In this document: positions 59,001 through 64,000 of the stretch, piece after piece
Numbering within the stretch: position 1 is the first letter of the stretch
How the letters are laid out: each line of letters opens with the position of its first letter
Source: Eledone cirrhosa
Lineage: Eukaryota
NCBI GenBank assembly: GCA_964016885.1
Contig: OZ024758.1
Coordinates: 8,060,001 to 8,124,000 of the forward strand
Length of the DNA: 64,000 nt
Direction: 5' to 3'
The notes under the pieces: generated by a model
What the model saw: the letters and a program-made list of their open reading frames with translations, nothing else
Told to the model about the DNA's origin: nothing
The model's database searches: none
Made by a program: the position numbers and the translations under genes

Positions 59001-59822
59001 AAAAGATTTCCACTGCCCACCTGTATAGTAAATATTCAAAAGTATACCAAAAATGTTTGGTAAAAGTTTGTTGCTGGTTCGCTATTCCCATTTAGCCACC
59101 TGTTTTGTTTTTTTATAAAGGTTTTTTGCATATCTCCTTTGAATATTTTTGTTGAAATATTTTCTTAATGTTCTTTAAACTCTGCTGTTGGTGATCGAAC
59201 TTTGTGGAGAAGGATATCTCATGTTGATGCGCAGTCTGCAACTGGCGGAGTTTAGCATCAAAGTAGTAGTAGTAGTAGTAGTATTTTCTTAATACTCAAA
59301 ATCCTATATCATTCACCAAAATTTCCAATCACCCACCATTTTCTGTTCAGTTGCTCATCACCCACCCAACACTTGAAATCCCCCACTGGTTGTCGGTATC
59401 ACCCAGGCTGGGAAACCCTGCTGTAGAGGGTTGTTGTTTTTTATCATCTACCATAAGAAATTTTACTCATCTCAGTTTATCTTTTTGAAAAATTATCACC
59501 AAGGTTTCTTGTGAAAATTACAGTATATACTCGAATATAAGCCAATGAATATGTGACCAAAAGATTGATGGTAAAATGGTGGCTTATATTTGAGTATATA
59601 CGGTACTTGTAATAACAGGTTCAGGGATGTATCAATCATTCCCAACATGCTCTAAAGAAAGCTGTGTTAAGTGGATAAATATATCCATTATTGCTTTTTA
59701 CTATTGTTATTGCATTTAGCAAGATATTTTCTATTTCATTTAAAGGTTTGGCAAAATATGAAACAAACAGGATTGTTGCCATATTTCAGTGAATACTTGG
59801 GGAAAAGAGATGATATTTTCAA
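276..59822 (+). CDS. NUP188: Nucleoporin NUP188 homolog, partial multi-exon gene (14 internal coding exons, about 449 aa visible)
   Basis: I spliced exons 276-365, 1875-1951, 5612-5683, 7035-7077, 12646-12849, 21148-21237, 23284-23349, 34041-34163, 36647-36776, 41782-41832, 42352-42456, 45583-45715, 56609-56696 and 59746-59822 by hand. All are AG/GT bounded, phase-compatible and stop-free. Peptides [69 protein letters not shown] and [14 protein letters not shown] match, in order, remembered vertebrate NUP188 segments (FKEQGFG, HAPVLLAW, VVRKIGGTAIQL, FPHLLSPLLQL, IPQGTVGQ, VRWEYSYSSW, PPVDVIASCVNCL, KVWTDLRHTGFLPF). No database search was run. Confidence 0.92.
480..801 (+). mobile_element. 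tRNA-derived CORE-type SINE, tail type A, with 12-bp target-site duplication
   Basis: A box GGCTTAGTGG, B box GAGTTCGATTC, MIR/CORE-like GTGTCCTT.AGCAAGACACTT; TSD TAGTTCTATACT at 468-479 and 802-813. Confidence 0.85.
850..1043. mobile_element. piggyBac-like MITE (TTAA TSD, CCCTTTA termini)
   Basis: TTAA-CCCTTTA ... TAAAGGG-TTAA; homologs at 37120-37333 and 62612-62936. Confidence 0.78.
1875..1951 (+). CDS. NUP188: NUP188 exon b (77 nt, phase 0/2) [25 protein letters not shown]
   Basis: Long T tract plus tttag| acceptor; GA|gtaagt donor; QGFG motif. Confidence 0.9.
3165..3218 (-). ncRNA. Minimal type I hammerhead-like fold in element A
   Basis: Minus strand reads ATAGTACCA-CTGATGA-T-GTCGC-AGATGT-GTGAC-GAAA-GAAC-TT-TGATAGACTAT; helix II 5 bp, triplet CUU, helix I imperfect. 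Confidence 0.7.
3330..3519 (+). mobile_element. Meta-domain SINE with 18-bp target-site duplication
   Basis: A box TGGCAGTATCG, B box GAGTTCAAATCC, Meta-like CTTTGCCTTTCATCCTT.CGGGGTCGATAAAATAAAGTAC; TSD ATTATTATTTCTGGCAAT at 3312-29 and 3520-37. Confidence 0.85.
3632..3966 (+). mobile_element. CORE-type SINE, tail type B (RTE-derived 3' end, (ATG)n tail)
   Basis: Same head and CORE as type A, then GTTAGGAAGGGCATCCAGCTGTAGAAA and CCCGTCCCACCCTTGCAAGCAGGGAAAAG.GGACGTAAAATGATG. Confidence 0.85.
4640..5050 (+). mobile_element. RTE-clade LINE 3' fragment (decayed ORF2 C-terminus plus (ATG)n tail)
   Basis: Decayed ERRLHW.G.V..MDD and [13 protein letters not shown] motifs. Confidence 0.8.
5612..5683 (+). 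CDS. NUP188: NUP188 exon c (72 nt, phase 2/2) [23 protein letters not shown]
   Basis: T tract plus acaag| acceptor (AAG type); AG|gtaatg donor; phase fits both neighbours. Confidence 0.82.
6310..6790 (-). mobile_element. RTE-like LINE 3' fragment (different subfamily)
   Basis: Minus strand reads [34 protein letters not shown]...[15 protein letters not shown]. Confidence 0.75.
7035..7077 (+). CDS. NUP188: NUP188 exon d (43 nt, phase 2/0) [14 protein letters not shown]
   Basis: tttttacag| acceptor; AAA|gtatgt donor; restores frame between exons c and e. Confidence 0.8.
7478..7918 (+). mobile_element. Two Meta-domain SINEs head to tail
   Basis: Two successive copies of the head, B box, Meta motif and tail. 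Confidence 0.8.
9583..9917 (+). mobile_element. CORE-type SINE, tail type A
   Basis: Full-length homolog of 480-801. Confidence 0.85.
9945..10131 (+). mobile_element. Meta-domain SINE
   Basis: Same family; other copies at about 16323-16485 (+), 21845-22000 (-), 46230-46450 (+) and 6165-6270 (-, partial). Confidence 0.82.
10615..10945. repeat. Tandem repeat of about 80 bp, 4 copies
   Basis: CCTACATGGA.CCATTTCATCATGTTACAGCCTCTCTCACATG recurring. Confidence 0.88.
11870..12600. repeat. (CT)n and (CA)-rich microsatellite region
   Basis: (CT)n at 11870-11938; ACACAATCACTTACACAC units at 12360-12500. Confidence 0.9.
12646..12849 (+). CDS. NUP188: NUP188 exon e (204 nt, phase 0/0) [22 protein letters not shown]...[31 protein letters not shown]
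   Basis: tttttcttcatatag| acceptor; AAT|gtaagc donor; strong similarity to remembered NUP188 sequence. Confidence 0.92.
13096..13745. repeat. 48-bp tandem array (about 13 copies) derived from the internal unit of the RTE-tailed repeat
   Basis: Unit CAGTCCACACAGTAAATTGGTTGTGTAGGTGTCAGGACAAAAAGTGCC; 16-aa periodicity in the ORF track. Confidence 0.92.
15122..15585. repeat. Array of 11 conserved 26-nt hairpin units separated by variable C-rich linkers
   Basis: CTAGACTGGAGCTTACAGTCTGCTGT x11 (two copies start CTGG); AGACTG/CAGTCT stem. Confidence 0.92.
16850..17330 (+). mobile_element. RTE-like LINE 3' fragment
   Basis: [15 protein letters not shown]...[10 protein letters not shown] in the ORF track at 17104-17319; related minus-strand piece at about 19620-19970. 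Confidence 0.75.
19470..19620. repeat. (TTTTTC)n/(TTC)n polypyrimidine microsatellite
   Basis: Read directly; a similar (TTC)n tract lies at 24118-24262. Confidence 0.95.
20075..20230 (-). mobile_element. CORE-type SINE, head and CORE only
   Basis: Reverse complement of the tRNA head and CORE of type B. Confidence 0.8.
20438..20652 (+). mobile_element. CORE-type SINE, tail type C (inverted homolog at about 43005-43240)
   Basis: B box plus GTCCTTGAGCAAGACACTT, then GGAAACA.TGTTTCCT.GGTCC.ATTTGA and GTCGATCGAC shared with 43005-43100 on the minus strand. Confidence 0.65.
21148..21237 (+). CDS. NUP188: NUP188 exon f (90 nt, phase 0/0) [30 protein letters not shown]
   Basis: ttaccag| acceptor; GAG|gtaaga donor; VYxLL motif. 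Confidence 0.88.
22531..22728. mobile_element. Tc1/pogo(Tigger)-like MITE, TA-flanked
   Basis: TA-CTGTATATACTTGAATATAAGC ... GCTTATATTTGAGTATATATGG-TA; minimal copy at 59519-59605, eroded copy at about 55612-55820. Confidence 0.72.
22734..23057. mobile_element. hAT-like MITE with 8-bp TSD
   Basis: TSD GTATAGAT at 22726-33 and 23058-65; imperfect TIR CAAGGGCATTCAACA / TGCTGCACGCCCCTG. Confidence 0.78.
23284..23349 (+). CDS. NUP188: NUP188 exon g (66 nt, phase 0/0) [22 protein letters not shown]
   Basis: ttttcag| acceptor; CAG|gtacgt donor. Confidence 0.87.
24455..24642. repeat. Tandem repeat of about 41 bp, 4-5 copies
   Basis: CACTACACCCACATCCAACATGGCCAC.CCCACCATTTC. Confidence 0.88.
25760..26090 (+). 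mobile_element. CORE-type SINE, tail type B
   Basis: Near-identical to 3632-3966; follows (TA)n. Confidence 0.85.
26117..26392 (+). mobile_element. Meta-domain SINE variant with a different tail (copies at about 24680-24960 +, 45180-45500 -, 58140-58435 -)
   Basis: Meta motif followed by AGAAATCTGCTGTATTCAGACCTGG...GGGCTCCACCAG, shared among the copies. Confidence 0.72.
26538..26692. repeat. Tandem repeat of about 38 bp, 4 copies
   Basis: GTGGTGCCCTAGCATGGCCACAGTCTAATGACTGAAAT. Confidence 0.9.
27978..28495. repeat. Long (TA)-rich microsatellite
   Basis: Read directly; similar tracts at 25706-25757, 31945-32525 and 49503-49590. Confidence 0.95.
28765..29242. mobile_element. Inverted (tail-to-tail) pair of Meta-domain SINEs
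   Basis: Plus copy at about 28765-28985 and minus copy at about 29055-29242. Confidence 0.8.
29270..29790 (-). mobile_element. Decayed RTE LINE fragment
   Basis: Minus-strand remnants [17 protein letters not shown] and [10 protein letters not shown]...[12 protein letters not shown]. Confidence 0.7.
29820..30303 (+). mobile_element. Headless RTE-tailed repeat with an internally triplicated unit of about 118 bp
   Basis: Three copies of ...CACACTGTAAATGTGGTTGGTGTTAGGAAGGGCATCCAGCTGTAGAAAAC..., then the (ATG)n tail. Related copies at about 20685-20900 (-), 34190-34595 (+), 41280-41450 (-), 47560-47733 (-), 48395-48665 (-), 52590-52960 (-), 62245-62485 (-). Confidence 0.75.
30330..30965 (-). mobile_element. 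Very decayed R4/Dong-like LINE (restriction-like endonuclease C-terminus)
   Basis: Minus strand of 30561-30610 reads [16 protein letters not shown]; boundaries approximate. Confidence 0.5.
31230..31565. repeat. Tandem triplication of about 110-120 bp inside a MITE relic
   Basis: CAAGAATATCTTGCTGGTTCAGTTTTATTTGG..ACA.ACATCCACAACAATCTGACCACT x3. Confidence 0.85.
33095..33268. repeat. Degenerate tandem repeat of about 21 bp
   Basis: CTC(A/G)TCTCAGCT.CAGTTGA(C/T)T recurring. Confidence 0.85.
33560..33890 (-). mobile_element. Decayed reverse-transcriptase fragment (CR1/L2/Jockey-like LINE)
   Basis: Minus strand [20 protein letters not shown]...HFTAD resembles GVPQGSVLGPLLFLLYINDL...FADD. Confidence 0.65.
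34041..34163 (+). CDS. NUP188: NUP188 exon h (123 nt, phase 0/0) [41 protein letters not shown]
   Basis: tctttcag| acceptor; AAG|gtaaat donor. Confidence 0.92.
36143..36590 (-). mobile_element. RTE-clade LINE 3' end, relatively intact
   Basis: [10 protein letters not shown]...[12 protein letters not shown] and [21 protein letters not shown]...[16 protein letters not shown]; (ATG)n tail. Confidence 0.88.
36647..36776 (+). CDS. NUP188: NUP188 exon i (130 nt, phase 0/1) [43 protein letters not shown]
   Basis: tctgtttacag| acceptor; AATG|gtaagt donor. Confidence 0.88.
36830..37025 (+). mobile_element. Meta-domain SINE about 55 nt downstream of exon i
   Basis: Family motifs present; inverted partner at 38432-38620. 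Confidence 0.83.
37120..37333. mobile_element. piggyBac-like MITE
   Basis: TTAA-CCCTTTAG ... CTGAAGGG-TTAA; same body as 850-1043. Confidence 0.78.
37655..38155. repeat. 84-bp tandem repeat, 6 copies
   Basis: TGTTTGTGGTT recurs at 37661, 37745, 37829 and onward. Confidence 0.93.
38432..38620 (-). mobile_element. Meta-domain SINE
   Basis: Reverse complement of family motifs with (AAT)n tail. Confidence 0.83.
39508..39817. repeat. Minisatellite of about 37-43 bp, about 8 copies
   Basis: CAGAAATAATAGTCAAGATACTGTGGAGTACATGGGTG(TG)ACA. Confidence 0.92.
40825..41070. repeat. Compound (CT)n minisatellite
   Basis: CTCCTCGCTCTCACTTGCTGT(CT)n, about 6 copies. Confidence 0.88.
41782..41832 (+). CDS. 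NUP188: NUP188 exon j (51 nt, phase 1/1) [17 protein letters not shown]
   Basis: Long pyrimidine tract plus tacag| acceptor; CTG|gtaaca donor; IPxGxxGQ motif. Confidence 0.87.
42191..42228 (+). ncRNA. Degenerate minimal hammerhead (probable Penelope pseudo-LTR relic)
   Basis: GTCTT-CTGATGA-AAGATTAGCAACT-GAAA-CATT-AAGAC; perfect 5-bp helix I, eroded helix II, ACAT where a palindromic ACGT is expected. Confidence 0.55.
42352..42456 (+). CDS. NUP188: NUP188 exon k (105 nt, phase 1/1) [35 protein letters not shown]
   Basis: tttttcag| acceptor; CCAA|gtacgt donor; WxxxYxxW...CE motif. Confidence 0.9.
42569..42780. mobile_element. piggyBac-like MITE, second family (inverted copy at 56227-56462; several eroded copies elsewhere)
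   Basis: TTAA-CCCTTT ... AAAGGG-TTAA; right end duplicated again at about 42880-42914. Confidence 0.72.
43400..43650 (-). mobile_element. RTE LINE 3' fragment
   Basis: Homologous to 36143-36414; a further copy lies at about 50815-51135 (-). Confidence 0.8.
43948..44520. repeat. Tandem repeat of about 58 bp (about 6 copies) split by a SINE
   Basis: CATGTAGATATTCTGATAAAATACAGTAGAATTCAGTTCCCATGTTGTAATAAAGATAT. Confidence 0.88.
44175..44413 (-). mobile_element. Meta-domain SINE with duplicated head, inserted into a 58-bp tandem repeat
   Basis: Family motifs; head segment repeated at about 44325-44366 and 44370-44411; flanked by TTGTAATAAT on both sides. Confidence 0.8.
45583..45715 (+). CDS. 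NUP188: NUP188 exon l (133 nt, phase 1/2) [44 protein letters not shown]
   Basis: tctttcag| acceptor; CAG|gtatga donor. Confidence 0.9.
47744..48163. mobile_element. Fold-back hammerhead-bearing element, copy B
   Basis: Outer arms ATATTGTTATACTTTGGGAGGGTCATGTTGCCAA and TTGGCAACATGACCCTCCCAAAGTATCACAATAT; perfect inner 31-bp hairpin at 47939-48003; same tail TGTTTCAACACACG; (TA)n on both sides. Confidence 0.72.
47876..47924 (-). ncRNA. Minimal type I hammerhead-like fold in element B
   Basis: Minus strand reads ATAGTCA-CTGAGGA-G-GTTAC-AGAATGT-GTGAC-GAAA-GACC-TT-TGACAAT; helix I GTCA/TGAC, helix II GTTAC/GTGAC, triplet CUU. Confidence 0.72.
48182..48388 (+). mobile_element. Palindromic element (62-nt arms) carrying the 3' half of a hammerhead, plus unique tail
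   Basis: Arms 48182-48243 and 48249-48310 differ at two positions. The right arm reads GAAA-CGGCT-TGAGCTC-AGCT-GTC-GGGG (helix III plus GUC triplet). The tail CACTCTACTA...ATTGAGTAC is also seen at about 2955-2977. (TA)n flanks. Confidence 0.65.
49145..49412 (-). mobile_element. CR1-type LINE 3' end (second fragment at about 38620-38800)
   Basis: Minus strand [33 protein letters not shown]; (ATT)n tail. Confidence 0.78.
49909..50540 (+). mobile_element. Three Meta-domain SINEs in tandem
   Basis: Three successive copies, each following an (ATT)n stretch. Confidence 0.8.
53047..53117 (-). ncRNA. Mirror-image copy of the same hammerhead on the minus strand
   Basis: Exact reverse complement of 53214-53284, inside the left arm of the inverted repeat. 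Confidence 0.85.
53214..53284 (+). ncRNA. Minimal type I hammerhead ribozyme fold (Penelope-like element type), complete
   Basis: Helix I TATTTTAT (53214-21) pairs with ATAAAATA (53277-84). Core CTGACGA at 53222-28. Helix II 53229-53264 has 16 positions with one mismatch and several G-U pairs. GAAA at 53265-68, palindromic helix III ATGCGCAT, cleavage triplet AUA (53274-76). Confidence 0.85.
53410..53757 (-). mobile_element. CORE-type SINE, tail type B
   Basis: Reverse complement of the 3632-3966 family. Confidence 0.85.
54803..55141 (+). mobile_element. CORE-type SINE, tail type B, inserted into a TTAA-type MITE end
   Basis: Near-identical to 3632-3966; interrupts TTAACCCTTTCATGACTGCATT...ATTTCTAATGAAATAC. 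Confidence 0.83.
56609..56696 (+). CDS. NUP188: NUP188 exon m (88 nt, phase 2/0) [29 protein letters not shown]
   Basis: tttactag| acceptor; AAG|gtatgg donor. Confidence 0.92.
56812..57650. repeat. 30-bp minisatellite, about 27 copies
   Basis: Unit CTCTACATCTTGTATAGTACCCTTCCACCT. Confidence 0.95.
58964..59420. mobile_element. hAT-like MITE
   Basis: TIR CAGGGGGTTCCCAAC / GCTGGGAAACCCTG; 8-bp flanks GTGTAGAG and CTGTAGAG (7 of 8 identical). Confidence 0.68.
59519..59605. mobile_element. 87-bp minimal Tigger-like MITE
   Basis: TA-CAGTATATACTCGAATATAAGCCA ... TGGCTTATATTTGAGTATATACGG-TA. Confidence 0.75.
59746..59822 (+). CDS. NUP188: NUP188 exon n (77 nt, phase 0/2) [25 protein letters not shown]
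   Basis: catttaaag| acceptor (AAG type); AA|gtaagt donor; VW...TGxLP motif. Confidence 0.9.
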
Positions 59823-59949
59823 GTAAGTTCCTTATAATTCAATCAAAATTTCTATATTTACTTCAGTTTCTAAATCTATTTAGTTAAATTATTTCAAAAA
59901 GCAGTAAAAAGCAAATTTGATTTATGTTGTTTATGTAATGTTAATACAA

Positions 59950-60292
59950 GAGAACAGCATAACTTGGATGAACTGAGAGAGAAAATGGGTTTATGAGGAA
60001 TCTAAGGTGGTGTGCAAGAGAGAAGACTGCATTGGTATGGACATGCAATGCACATGGATGATGATAGTTGGGTGAAGAAGTGCCAGGAAATCCCAGTGGA
60101 GAGAAGCTGTAGTAGAGGATGACCAAGGAAAACCTGGGCAAAGGTGGTGAGAGTTGATCTCAAATTGCTGAGACTCACAGAAGTGGAGATGATGAAGGAT
60201 CGCAATGAATGGAGAGATGCTCTGCAGAAAAGGACCCGTCCAACCCATGCAAGTGATGAAAATCAGGCGTAAAAATGATGATGATGATGATG
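59950..60292 (+). mobile_element. RTE LINE 3' fragment
   Basis: [23 protein letters not shown] motif; (ATG)n tail. Confidence 0.82.
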
Positions 60293-60344
60293 TTAAACTG
60301 CTATTAATAGAAAGAGAATAAAGAGTCCTGCTTAAAACTTTTTC

Positions 60345-60630
60345 TACAGTTTGTCTCAAGCCAGAAGGCTCATCAGACTTTATCCCAGTTTCCGTGGCGT
60401 TAAGTAACTGAGAGTACAAGACTTCCCCCTGGACAGGACGCCAGTCCATCACAGGGTTAAACCCCCAGCTACTGCGCTACTGCTCGTACTCATTTTCAGC
60501 TAAGTATACTGGAGCAATGTAAAATGAAGTGTTTTGCACAAGAACGCAACACACAAACCAGTCTAGGAATCGATCCCACAACATTATGATCATAAGTCCT
60601 ACACCCTCACACCCAGGCCACACACCTCCA
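60345..60630 (-). mobile_element. Older CORE-like SINE with CCCTGTGATGGACTGGCGTCCTGTCCAGGGG tail (second partial copy at about 60910-61090)
   Basis: Minus strand has a tRNA-like head, a CORE-like segment and a motif shared with the second copy. Confidence 0.65.
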
Positions 60631-62611
60631 CTATAACTTCTTTTTATTAACATACCTCAATTCTGTCCTTTTACTCAATTAACTTATGCTGACATAGACA
60701 CCCCATTAGTTTCCTTAAATTCTAGAAATTATATTTCTTCTAAATTGATCCATTTTATTACTCTATTACAATTTTTATCAGTCACTTTAATTGAGTAGGT
60801 CCTTGATGATCAGCCACTTTAATTCAATAAGTCCTTAATGATTGCTTGTCAGGCCTCTTAGGAGTAGTTGCCCTTTATATTTTTATTATTGTGTCATAAA
60901 AAAAAGTCAAAAGTCTGTCTTGAGCCAGGAGGCTCATCAGGCAAGTACTTATCCCGGTTTCCATGGCGTGAAACAACTGAGAGTACACAACACTCCCCCT
61001 GGACAGGACACCAGTCCATCAGTGTTAAACCCTTAGCTATTGCTGGTGGTACTCATTTTCAGCTACGTATACTGGAGCAACATAAAATTAAGAATGCTAA
61101 TATGTAATAAGAGGCAACTAAAGGTATGAAGCTTGTTGTGGGGCCTGCAATACTAGCCCCTGTTTTAGCAGTAAAGATGACCTTAAAATACTTCTTGTAG
61201 TTCTTGTTATCATTTTATACACATTAAATGCTGAAAATATACATATTTGCTAGAATTGTTGGTGGAAATGTTTACATTGTAAGTTGTGATATCTGTTTTC
61301 AGTGGTTAAAGTAAGAAAAGTAGTGTCCCCAAGGGTAGAGACAGCTCAATACTAATCAGCATTAGTTTTGTGTAAAATGATTAGATATGTTGTTTGTGCT
61401 GTTGAATTAATGATATACTCAGTCCCATCTTGGCAAATGGATCATGTTTGTTATAGTAAAAACCTGTCTCTCTGCTGCCGCTAAACATATTTGTTAATCA
61501 TGTACGTTCTGTCATAAATTGTTCAAATAATGTTTAGATTGTCTTTCTCCTTGAAGATTAATAAGAGTTTGAATACTGTTGAGCAATCTACCTATCTGTA
61601 TTATAAAAGATCTATTATAACAGCTGTTTCTCCCTCCATATATGTAGGAGACAAAGGAGGAAGAGTGAAAAGTCGTTTTAAACATATCGATTATTTGCAC
61701 ACATCAATGGAAAACACCCTAATAAACTTCAGAGGAAACATTTCCTAATGAAAGATATGAAATATGTCAATTTGTTATTATGATGTTACCGTATTGTTGA
61801 ATTACACTTTAAACTATCCATCTCTCTTTCATACACACACACTCTCTCACTGTGTTTCTCTCTTATCAACAATGACTTTACTCTCCCCTTTTTCCCTTCC
61901 TGTGTAATTGATGTGACAAACAGAGTGAGAAACAGCTTCTCTTTTATAAAATAGATTGTTGTTGGTCATGGCCATGTTGACCAACAATAAAATCAACCAG
62001 ATCTGTTTGAACCAGTCCACAACTCAAAAATATTTTCAATATGCCTGATGTAAGCTTTTTAATAATCTTAGCATATGATTTCCTTTCATAAAAATCATAG
62101 GAACTTGCTGGAAGGGAAATTTGGTTCAGTAAAGAGATAGGGCATATCTTCTGACTCAGAAATAAAGAACTTTAGTTCAATAGTTAAACTACCAGTAAAC
62201 ATGGCATAAAGTTACAATTTGAAATCTAGTGATTCTAATGATTATCAACATCATCATCATCATCACCACCACCATTTAACGTCCACTGTACATACTAGCA
62301 TGGGTTAGGCGGGTTATCCCATTTGAGGCAAGTTGGGTCAGGTGACCGTGTCTTGCTCATATAGAACTGTTTCTGGCTAAGTTTCTACGACTGGATGCCC
62401 TTCCTAACACCAACCTCATTTACAGTGTGTGCTGGGTGCTTTTTGTTGTGACACCTACATGACCACATTACAGTGTGGGCTGAGTCCTCACATTGTAAAT
62501 AAACAAGTAAAGTTTATTTACTATGTAGCAGCAAAGTCTGCTAATATGACAAATGTATGCTATAAGCTGTCAGCTTATTTTTCTCCTTCAAAAGTGTTCA
62601 TAATAATTTTG

Positions 62612-62936
62612 TTAACCCTTTAGCATTCACATTACTCTATATATACTATTATATTTTCATGGTAAAGGCTTTACCTCACATAGCATTCACATTACTCTAT
62701 ATATACTATTATATTTTCATGGTAAAGGCTTTACCTCACATAGCATTCACATTACTCTATATATTCTATTATATTTTCATGGTAACAGTTTTAACTCACA
62801 TAATATCGAATCTATGAGATTTTGAAAGTATTTATTTTGAGAACAATACCTTAATATCAGTTTGAGTGACTAGTTACAGCCAGTTTCAACAGAAAGAGGT
62901 AGAGAATTTGGGCCGGTTTGAATATTAAAGGGTTAA
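62612..62936. mobile_element. piggyBac-like MITE with an internal 60-bp triplication
   Basis: TTAA-CCCTTTAG ... TAAAGGG-TTAA; 60-bp unit repeated at about 62621-62800. Confidence 0.78.
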
Positions 62937-63109
62937 TGGATTCTGTGTGACAGTTTTTCTTTGTTGTTGTGTTTTTTTTGTTAATTCAGATTATTAATTC
63001 ACAACAAAAGTTCTTATAGATCAGAAACTAAATGAATAAAATATTAACCCTTTTGTTATCATATTTCAAATGAAATACCCTGCCTATGATTTTCAAATAA
63101 TTTTGAAAA

Positions 63110-63442
63110 TACAGGGGTCAGCTGAAAAGTTTATAGGTTGACCAAGACACTCTCATGGAATGGTCCAATGAGGTTTATTTTTTTTTAATACTCCCTGGAA
63201 AGAAACAATACAGTTATTAATAAAGAGAGTTGGTATTAGTGCATGTAAAATTTCACAGCTCTAGCATCACTCCTTCATAGTTTGACCGAGATACTCTCAA
63301 TGAATGACAAAACGAGTTTATTTTTTTAACATAGTCTTTAGAAAGAAACAATGCATTTATTAATAAGAAGAGTTGAAATTAATGTATGCAATGTTTCACA
63401 GCTCTAGCATAACTCCTATGAACTTCCCAGCTAACACTCATA
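63110..63442. mobile_element. Mariner-like MITE with internal duplication (homolog at about 27222-27410)
   Basis: TA-CAGGGGTCAGCTGAAAAGTT ... AACTTCCCAGCTAACACTCA-TA; body shared with 27230-27405. Confidence 0.6.
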
Positions 63443-64000
63443 TAAATACAATTTTTTAAGCAAAACAGCAAAGAATCAGACAATGTATTTATTTATTTAT
63501 AGAATATCTTTTATATAAAATGTGTACAAAATATTAAGTGGATACCCTTAGGGTTTTCTCTCTGGCTAAAAGTCAGCATCTGGGAATGGTTAATCTTTTA
63601 TATACTGTTTTGCTACTGTAACCAAAATTCACTTAATTCCTTTTGCTGCCATAAAAAAAATAGCAACCTTCATTTATTTACTTAGGAATAATTAATATAC
63701 TATCTGGTTTCATTTAGCACGCTGGCTGACAGTGGGAGAGAAAGAAAGAGAGAGTGAGGCAAGGGCTGTTCTCACCTTTTGATGTTAAGATGGTGGTGTG
63801 GTGTTGTGTTGGGAAAAATTTATATATACAGTGCTTGCATAACATATTTCTGTTGAGAAAATTGCCCTCGTCTGACACAAATGGCTACTGCAGACATTGA
63901 CAAACTTTTTTTGGCTGTAGCATATATTTTGTTGTTCTGTTATTCAATAACATGATGTGGGACACTCAAATAATTTGGGTGAGATTTAGATTTAACAATA

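Noticed and set aside
60360-60400. GAAAC...CTGATGAG on the minus strand as a type II hammerhead
   Set aside because: Only about 12 nt separate GAAA and CUGAUGA, too few for helices III and I; it is part of a SINE tail.
59823-64000. Next NUP188 exon
   Set aside because: The AG candidates I tested (about 61302, 62989, 63502) hit stops quickly in the required phase; the next exon is probably beyond the window.

Overview
AT-rich, repeat-dense animal genomic DNA, most likely an octopod cephalopod (inferred from the SINE families; not proven). The window lies inside one + strand gene. Fourteen small GT-AG exons (276 to 59822; 1349 coding nt, about 449 codons) splice in consistent phase with no stop into a protein I recognise, from remembered similarity to the vertebrate protein, as the N-terminal-to-middle part of nucleoporin NUP188; start and stop codons lie outside the window. 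The introns hold tRNA-derived SINEs (CORE and Meta domain types), fragments of RTE, CR1-type and R4-like LINEs, piggyBac-, hAT- and Tc1/pogo-like MITEs, and many micro- and minisatellites. Almost all listed ORFs are repeat artefacts. The main finding is a set of small non-coding elements carrying minimal type I hammerhead ribozyme folds, most of them fold-back elements sitting in (TA)n tracts, typical of Penelope-like retroelement pseudo-LTRs. One is a near-perfect 145-bp inverted repeat with a complete hammerhead on each strand. Every copy that would lie on the NUP188 pre-mRNA strand appears deleted, halved, mutated or masked by its own antisense arm.
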